Below, piece by piece: positions 49,916 to 57,781 of a stretch of DNA of 57,781 bases. The notes beneath the pieces were generated by a model, which was not told where the DNA came from, did not search any database, and was given only the letters and a program-made list of their open reading frames with translations. The stretch lies in assembly GCA_002269645.1 (NCBI GenBank), contig NIVC01000809.1:1-57781 (forward strand), in the 5' to 3' direction. This stretch comes from Macrostomum lignano. Taxonomy: Eukaryota. Every line of letters begins with the position of its first letter. Position 1 is the first letter of the stretch. The position numbers and the translations under genes are program-made.

Positions 49916-51229
49916 GTCTCTAGGGTATCAGAAGACGCCAAGGCAACCACTTACATCTAGCGAACGTCGTCCGAACGTCGGCAGCTGACGTCGGCTTCCA
50001 ACCCTAATTGGCCTTGTTTCACAAAATCTGGAATACATGAATCTAGGTTTTCTTTTATTAGAAATGCAGCAATACTGCCGGATAGCAAATTCATCGCATT
50101 CACTTGGCAACAAATCATTGATGAGTAATGGTTTGTTGTAATTTTGTTAATTTTGTCACAAGTTAAGCCAAGTACAGCTCATAAGAAAGGGTGGAAATTG
50201 AATGTCTCCAACCTAATTTGAAACTTTTCCGCAGGGCAGCGTCTGCAAAATTTTACTGCACTTGTTTGAACATAAAAGAATAAGAATATGGATTCACTAA
50301 ACTTTGCTAAAGAAAATGAACAATGAGAAAAAGACAGTATTGTCACGAGTAGCATAACGTTTAAAGTTAATCCTCGCGCTGATTGCCGTGGAGTGCTGCT
50401 GACCTAAATATTACAGAAAATATTTGGAGAAAGCTGTTACAAAAAGTAAATAAAACAACAGGACTTTGAAAAAAATGTTTTTTTACCTGAAGCTTCTCTA
50501 GCCATATTAGGAGAGCGTGTTGACAGAAAAGTCTGCATAACTGGACTGACTGGTTCTAATATTTCCAGAAAAGAGGTTTGCTATAATGATTTAAATAAGG
50601 CAATCATCGTATATGTCTTTAGATAAAAACAAGATTTTCTAACGTAACAGCTCGAATGCTGTTATGCCAATAGAGAAAAACTTATCAATTGCAGTAGGCA
50701 AAACAGGTGGACCTGGCATGCTGAAAGTGTTCTGCTGGATGTTCTGCTTTTTGATGGTGCTCCAGTCAGCAGTTGAAGTTTTGTAGGGTTACTATCTACA
50801 AAAATATCAGCTAGTTGGCTAGAACTAGGTGCGCTTAGGACATGGCCCTTCAGTATCTTCAGCTTCAGTAGTCAAATTATCAAAGCCTTGAAAAGCCTTT
50901 TGTCGGCAGTGGCGAGCAGTCTTCCTCTGGCGACTAGTACCCAGGCGTGCCACTTCGCGTCCAGTCCGCTTAGGCCAGTAACATCGTGTTCTTCCAACCA
51001 TCCATGCTCCACTTACATACTCCACAGTCTCATCTTGTGGAATTGCACTACTGGGAAGTTCATCTGAAGCAATGAAATTAAGAATGTAGAGAAATGAAAG
51101 CGATACTGCTCATGTGTGGCAATCCAACACATTTAGCTTTAAAATATGGACAAATGAAAGTAGAAAATCTGAGATCTGAGTGACAGTTCTACTTGGAAGT
51201 CTGTTTGGAAGATATCCTTGCATCCGCTA

Positions 51230-51940
51230 AAGCAAACAGCGCATTACACTTAGACATACTAGTTGCATATAGTCATATGAAAATATTTATCATGTCAATT
51301 TTGAGTTCCAATTGAGGATATGCTTGATTATGATGAGCCTCATCTTCCATGTCCAGAATTGATTTGTCTGTTCGAAGTGTACGAGCACTAGTCATTTCAT
51401 CAACCACAACATGACCTACATGTGTTCCAGAAGCAGTGCAGTTATCACATGATGAATACCCTCTGTGCCGCTTTACACCTTTGATAAAAGCTTTAGCTGT
51501 TGAATCACAAATGAACATAAAGCTAACATCTTCAATTTCTTTCGAGTCACAAATAGGCTGAGTTAAAATGCCTTAAGTAATGGGTCTACCAGGTCCAAAG
51601 TAGACTTCAATTACAAATGGTGCATCAGAATCAACTGCACCAAGGATAGACCAAAGTTCATGCTTTGAGCTTTAAAAATAGTGAGTCCATCAATGTTAAT
51701 TTGCACTTGTAGCTTTGAGAGCATTGAACCAGTATTAGTAATATTATTTAGTATATTGTGATTTATTGACTCGCGGTGTGCTCAAAAGTGCCCTCGCTGA
51801 CTTGGGCAGGTTTGGAATATGACTCTGTTAATTCAATAACTCTGAAGTAGCAGCAAGTGTTATTTTAAATCTGATTGCCCATTCCTTAATTGTCTCATTA
51901 AAACAAACACTTCTTATTGAGATATCTTCAACTTCATCTT
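51230..51940 (-). mobile_element. CACTA/EnSpm-like transposase relic
   Basis: LPKSARALLSTPR, QINIDG..ELWSILGAV..PFVIEVYFG, FICDSTAKAFIKGVKRHRGYSSCDNC..RTDKS..HH..IDMI; with stops and frameshifts; may extend to ~50400. Confidence 0.75.
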
Positions 51941-51944
51941 CTTT

Positions 51945-53645
51945 ACTTCACTCTGGTAATAATAGTCGGCTGATAAACAATAGGTCTGGCGGGTGGTCGC
52001 GGCGAGTAGGATGGCCGAGGTCAGTAGCGTCGGTGACGGCGTTGAGGCTGGACCGGGGCGGGCACCCGTCGAGGGCTTCTAGCGGTGTTCCAACAGGCGC
52101 GTTGGCAGCGTCCAGTAGCCATTGGCCGACTCTCCTCATCATACTGAGCGGCGTTCAGCTCCCGAGTTTCTTCGTCAAGACTGCACCAGGCTTCGTGGGC
52201 GCGGGAGAGCAAGCGCGGTCTCGTGGTGGTCTCAAGGAGTTGCCTCGCCAGGTCGGACTCAGGGATGTGGGTAATGCGGAGGAACTTGTTGGCGGTTCGC
52301 TCCAGGGCCTGGATGTAGAGGGCTGGGAGTTCGGCTTCAGCGAGCAGGGCTCTCTGGTTGGTGATGCTAAGGCAACCGGTCATCACTCTGGCGCATTTGT
52401 GCTGCTTCGCTTCCAGCTTCTCCCGGACCGAAGGCGCCGCGTGTATGAAGTAGATGGCCGCCCCATAGTCTAAAACCGAGCGGATGTACGCGGTGTAGGC
52501 CGCTCGGAGAGTTTTCAGGTTGGCGCCATATGATTTACCAGCAATATTGATGCGACAGTTATGGCGGTTTGCCATTTTGGACATGACGTAGTCGACGTGT
52601 GGGGCGAAGGTTAATTGGTCTATGAGTTTGAGTCCGTGAAAGGTGGGTGCCGGCTCACAGGCAAGCGGAGGTTCAGCGTGAAGGTTGGGAAGCTGCATTT
52701 GCTTGTGCTGAGTTCACAAGTCCAGGCGACTATGGTGTCTATCGCCGGTTGTAGCGAGGCGGCACAGTCGTGCAGGCTGCGGCCAGTCGCAAGCAGCGCT
52801 GAGTCATCGGCGAACAATGACCGGTGGACCGATGTGTCCAGGTTCTGGTTGATGTCGTTGACATAGATCAGCCAGAGGAGTGGGGCGATCACGGAGCCCT
52901 GTGGCAGACCATCAGTGAAGACCCTCCAGTTGGACACGCGTCGTCCCATCTCACTCTCGCTCTCCGGTCAGTCAGAAGGCTCTTGATGAAGTTAATGACG
53001 TGGGCCGGGATTTCCATCCTGGCCAAGTTGGCATAGAGCGCGGGCGCCAGACTTTGCCGTAGCCTTGGCGAAAGCAGCGCCTGCTTGCGCTGGTCCTCTA
53101 GAATATGGACCGCTTCGCAATACCCTGTTAACTGCTGCATTTAAAGGCCAAAGTCCTGCGTGGGCACATACTTATTTGGCCTTTGGCACCCAGTGTGCCG
53201 CATTAAGCTCATTTTGCAGACGCACCGAGTCAATTAGTAGATCATCTAAATTAGCCATGACTAAAGAGGCAAACACGACAGCTCCGAGACAGCCGGAACA
53301 AACAAGATACAGAGGCTCAAAACTAAACTGCCTGCCGAGACAACCCACACTCAAACGCACGCACTAGTACAGCAGGGGAGAGAACCGGAATCCTGATCAC
53401 GGCAGCACTTTGTTGTGTCTTGGCCTATGGCCAACGGAATGGTGAGCGGGTCCACCCGCCGGACACCCAGGTCCCAGCCCCAACCCTAGTTAAGCCTACG
53501 CGCCCTGACTGACCCGGCGAGAGTTCGCCGATCGCAGGTCCCTCACTCAATCCACCGGCCACTCGCAGCAAACCCAGGAGAAAGAAGCATGAGCTTACCT
53601 CTGCTTTCAATTCTAGCATCCGCGACCGAACGGATAGTGTCTATT
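51945..53645 (-). mobile_element. Internally deleted LINE (I/Ingi-like) retaining a putative 5' end
   Basis: RT motifs GLPQGSVIAPLLWLIYVND..LFADDSAL, LTFAPHVD, AYTAYIRSVLDYG. The GC-rich putative 5' region (53160-53645) joins the RT middle with no endonuclease domain seen. Confidence 0.85.
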
Positions 53646-54639
53646 TGAACAGCGAACGCAAACTGTGGAGACGAAAAAACGGACGCAATTGGCCGAGAGC
53701 GGCAACTAAAAACAGAACAGTGGAGCGCAGAACGAACAGTGGAAGGAGAGGGGCGAGCAAAAAAAGTTTATCAGCTCGCCAGCCAATGCGAGCGGCCCAG
53801 AGTGGGGTGGGGCAAAGAGGGAGAGGTGTAGCAAGCGCACAGATTGGACAGGGACTGACGGAGGTTTATGCCTCTCACAAACCCTGGCACAGGCGCGAGA
53901 CAGGGTGGGGTAGCACGAAAACACGAACACGAACAACAGAAGGGCAGGGTAGACTGGAAGGGTGCGGCACAGCACAATTATCATATTTTTATAATAATAA
54001 ATATTCTCTGATTGACACCTACTACACACGGTATATGGCATAATCTATAGTGCTGAGTTTGTAGTGCATTACAGTGCAAGTACATTTGAAAGTGGATTAA
54101 TGTAACATTTAGTTTTGATCTTAACGCAACCTCTAGTATTTTAAAGCGAGTTTTTTGCTTCAAGTATTTTATTGATAGTAAATGAATTCATAGGAGGCTC
54201 AATCTTTTCAGGATCCTTCGGCCCATTGCCGCACCTCCTTCAATGTATTCATGAAATTGCAAGCCATGTCTTGTCAGTGTGCGTTTTCTTTTCCAAAACG
54301 CACAACCATTCCGACAGCCAGCATCTCCTTGTCGTATATAATTTTTTTAGTTTGGTTTATTGTATAATTAGTTTGCATCGCTACATACAGTTAATAGCTA
54401 AATTGAAAACGAATTATTGTGTTAAAGCAATAGAAAGTTACAAAAAGAAACTGAAAATATAACTAAAAAGCAGTATGAAATATGCTCATACAAAACAAGA
54501 TAACGGTGGCACAAATTGGTTTTAAAGCAACTCGGATATTATTGCACCTTCAGCAGAACTGCTTACATTATAACGAGCACAGTAGCCTGTTTTACTGATG
54601 CCGCGAGCTGTACACCATAATTCACCTGAGCAAACTCCG

Positions 54640-55400
54640 AGCATACTCAGGATGAGTTGCATCCACATTGAACCGTTGACTCCACGTGTCGCTGAAGTCG
54701 CGATGTGCCGACTCTATCGCCTGCTCAGACCAAAACCCAACTCAATCCTCGGCCAGACTAGACTGCCATCGCCTCCAAAATCTGCGGCACTTGGTCAATG
54801 AGGGCGTCGGCTTTTGGATTAATGTTGATGGTCAGAACGTGGTATGCCGCCTCAAACTCCTTGATTGCCGCATCGTAGCCTTCAAGCAGTTGCTGGCCGA
54901 AGCCATTCTGCTGGACAGCTCGCAAACAGCTGAATGCATGGGCGACAGGCACTCCGCTGAAGGCAGCGTGGTCAGCAAGGATCTCCACCAAGCAGTCGGT
55001 CACACTCATTGCCGTTGAACTGGCTGACATGATGCGGTGAGCGCCGTATGTGGAGAGCCTCAGCTCACTGCGCAGCACGGACTCCGTCAGGATCGTCGTC
55101 GTACAACCTGTTGACAAGGCCTAGCAGCAGGTGGAGCTCCATGGGCGGTACTGCTTCCAGCGTGTTCGAACTGTCTGTCCAATTCAGCAGTGGTTGCCTT
55201 ATGCAGTTGCGGTACGGCGTACGGCTCGCCTGATGGTTTTGAGCTTCGTGCAGATGTGGACAAGACCCCTGCCATGGTGGAGTGACATCTCTGGCAGATG
55301 GTGATGTGGCGCGCAGGTGGAAGCTCCTTGTTTGGCGAATCGATCTTCGGTCTGCCCAGGCAATGCGGCTCCGGCTTCCAGGTGCCGAGCCCTCGTTCGG
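54640..55400 (-). mobile_element. Transib/Chapaev-like (RAG1-related) DDE transposase relic
   Basis: VPPMELHLLLGLVNRL, LTININPKADALIDQVPQIL and WSEQAIESAHRDF resemble the C-terminal catalytic-region motifs of Transib/RAG1-type enzymes; in-frame stop and frameshifts. Confidence 0.55.
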
Positions 55401-55404
55401 GTTC

Positions 55405-55426
55405 AGGTTAGGGTTAGGGTTAGGTA
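55405..55426 (+). repeat. Short interstitial (TTAGGG)n
   Basis: GGTTAGGGTTAGGGTTAGG at the upstream edge of the transposase relic. Confidence 0.7.
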
Positions 55427-55663
55427 GGATCAGTGTTCCGAACCGAAAGCAGGCGCCAGAGGTCTAATAAAAAATAACTAAGATGAAGAAAATTTCAAGG
55501 ATTCAGGGTGCTTAACGCGTTTCGGTTTAAACAACCTTCTTCAGGAGCAAAAATGTAAAGAAGAATTAGATTGGAACAATTTCTTTTAATGTACGAGTAT
55601 AATGTTTACAGACTGGGATGAGTGACAACAAATGGAGAGGCGCAGGGGTACACTGTAAATTGT

Positions 55664-55882
55664 AGAGGTCCGAAAAAAGGTACGCTGGAGGTCCATACGT
55701 AAGGTCCGCAGCGTAGTCATACGGACCCACCATGGGGTCCGTATGCTTCTAAGGTCCATAATGACAGGTCCGTTTGAGGGTCCGCATGAGGTCGCATGTG
55801 AAGGTCCAAATGAAGGTCCGAAGCGTAGCCATATACGGACCTCTGGTTAAGGGGTCCGAATGTCAGCGAGAGGTCCGATTTT
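55664..55882. repeat. Dispersed GGTCC motif cluster
   Basis: 11 forward GGTCC and 2 reverse GGACC in ~220 bp with variable spacing, including a CATACGGACCC..GGGTCCGTATG hairpin. Confidence 0.75.
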
Positions 55883-57781
55883 CTCCAATACCAATTTTTG
55901 AGGTGCATCGAAGCAAAAAATGAAAAGCTCAAACCAGTATGCGTTTTCATTTAAATTCCAATAGCATTATGACCCAGCTGTCTTCTGTTGGCTCTTACTT
56001 GTTGACTTAAATACAGCCATAGGATTTTTATATTGTCGAACTTGAGAAACTAAGTATTTATGATTTCATAAATAATTAATATCAAATAAGCACATGTTGA
56101 CAGCATTGTGACAACCAAGATTTTAGAAAAATAAATAGTGCAGCACCAAGAGAATAGATCATGCATGGCAAATAGGTGAAACAGCGGAAAATAATAAGTA
56201 AAGAGATCCTATAGGAGACCTTTTTTGTTGGTACATTTTAGCAGAACTCTTGTAGCATCAGTTTCCATGTTTTTTTCTCACTCTCGCTCTCACTTTGTTG
56301 GTCCGCCTGTATACGTCTATAGTATAATGTTCAAGTTAAAAACTAAACTTCGTTGAATTTTTAAAAAGATCGTAATGCAACAATAGGGTAACATACTACT
56401 TTCATCATGATTTCAATCCACAGACAGAAGTTATAACAAAAAGTGCACAGCAAACATAACAAAACAAATGCTACACATTCACTTACTCTTTAATTAAAAC
56501 TGCAGTCAAACCTGCTTTTCACACCCGTTGGTCCGACAAAATTGGCTACCTGACCAGGAAATCGCAGTCGCGCGATAAAAAATTCGTGCGCATCTCACCC
56601 ATTGCACGAACTGTTTATACCATTTTGCTTTTTATTTCGGCACATCTGCAATTGATTTCACAATTGCTCACATAAACAAACTGACATATCTCACTCGCAC
56701 GCAAGCAAGAATTAAACGTTTTGTGTTTGCAACAGACCTGCCAAAATCTATCGCAGTTTTGACGAATTTTATTGCAGCATCGTCCATGAATGGACCTTGC
56801 CATAGACTATATGATGCACCACACAGCTCTTCCCAATATAATGCGAGCATCTGTGGAAATCAACTGCAGAAATGCCGAAAAAATGCAAAATGGTATATTA
56901 CGACCGTCAGGATTAGGCTACTTAGTAAAAATTGCATGGACTGTTCAATAAACGGTCACCGAAATGCAGAAACCAGAGTTGCAGCCATGGTCCGAGTAAC
57001 GGCAGACCGCCGGCGAAGACCAGCTAATACTTCTATTGCTTCGAGAAAGGCCTCCAGGCATGGCAGGTGCTGCAGATTAAATGCGATAAAGACCAATATG
57101 AATAAGACTATTCCATTTGTATACTTTTAAATACACTCCATTTGGACAGAAATTAAATGTTTAATATAATCTTGGCTAATAATCAATAATATTATAAGGC
57201 ATGAAGACAAAGTTACAAAACAAACGATGATATAGAAAAAGCATCCATACTTCATTATGTATGAGATAAATATTGCCAAATAATATACCAAAATATTGTA
57301 AAAGATGTAACATTTGGCTAGCAGTACATGGCAAATGAAAATTTTAAATATGATACTTAGTCAACATTGGAAAAGATTCATACGGAACTAGTGACAACTG
57401 TCTATTAATATATTCAATGCTTATATAAAAGTTTTTCATAGCATTTTCTAAAACAATAATACATAATACAATATGTGAAACACCTTCTAATAAATCATGC
57501 ATAATATCAGGTGCAAAGAAGAATGGAAACTCAATATATAAAGATTTTGAAAAGGAGATACATTGATAAACCCTCTAATTGCATTACGTGATGCATCAAT
57601 TATAGTAGAATAGTTTATGATAATTAAAACTAAATAATTCATTTAAATTGTCATAATCAATGTTGCAATATATCACTATACTTTCTATCACAAAATCTAC
57701 AAATATAGCCACTTGAAAAACATTTATTAAGGCCAATCATTTGATGGCATTGATAAATTGTCACTATCATAAAGCAAGCTA

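Noticed and set aside
55950-57781. ORFs 56615-57130 and AT-rich tail
   Set aside because: No recognisable motifs, codon bias or splice-consistent exons; the missing DARS2 exons were not found here.

Overview
This is an animal genomic window, not a prokaryotic one: it has spliced genes with GT-AG introns, minisatellite-filled introns and many transposon relics. Gene content, GC3-rich exons, polyQ tracts and repeat load suggest a lophotrochozoan, plausibly the flatworm Macrostomum; this is an inference. Genes reconstructed by hand: (1) a minus-strand secreted protein with signal peptide, EGF, one cadherin-like domain, an RQRR furin-type site and ~160-aa repeats, running off the left edge; (2) an intronless polyQ orphan ORF; (3) a 6-exon epsin; (4) an intronless GT32/DXD-family glycosyltransferase-like gene; (5) a DEG/ENaC cluster with two full 6-exon FaNaC-like genes and two exon-1-only relics; (6) the 5' three exons of mitochondrial AspRS (DARS2). 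Interspersed are LINE relics (RTE-like and I/R1/Ingi-like), Gypsy gag and integrase+LTR fragments, an EnSpm-like and a Transib/RAG1-related transposase relic, hAT and Harbinger MITEs, and a tRNA-derived SINE with an amplified 5' end abutting an 18S rRNA fragment. Several genes carry single-base frameshifts, often in homopolymers, which most likely reflect long-read assembly error. No unambiguous new system is demonstrable from sequence alone. The best leads are the DEG/ENaC cluster, the EGF-cadherin-furin secreted protein, CpG-decayed domains next to housekeeping genes, the DPE-motif GT32 gene and the SINE/18S chimera.
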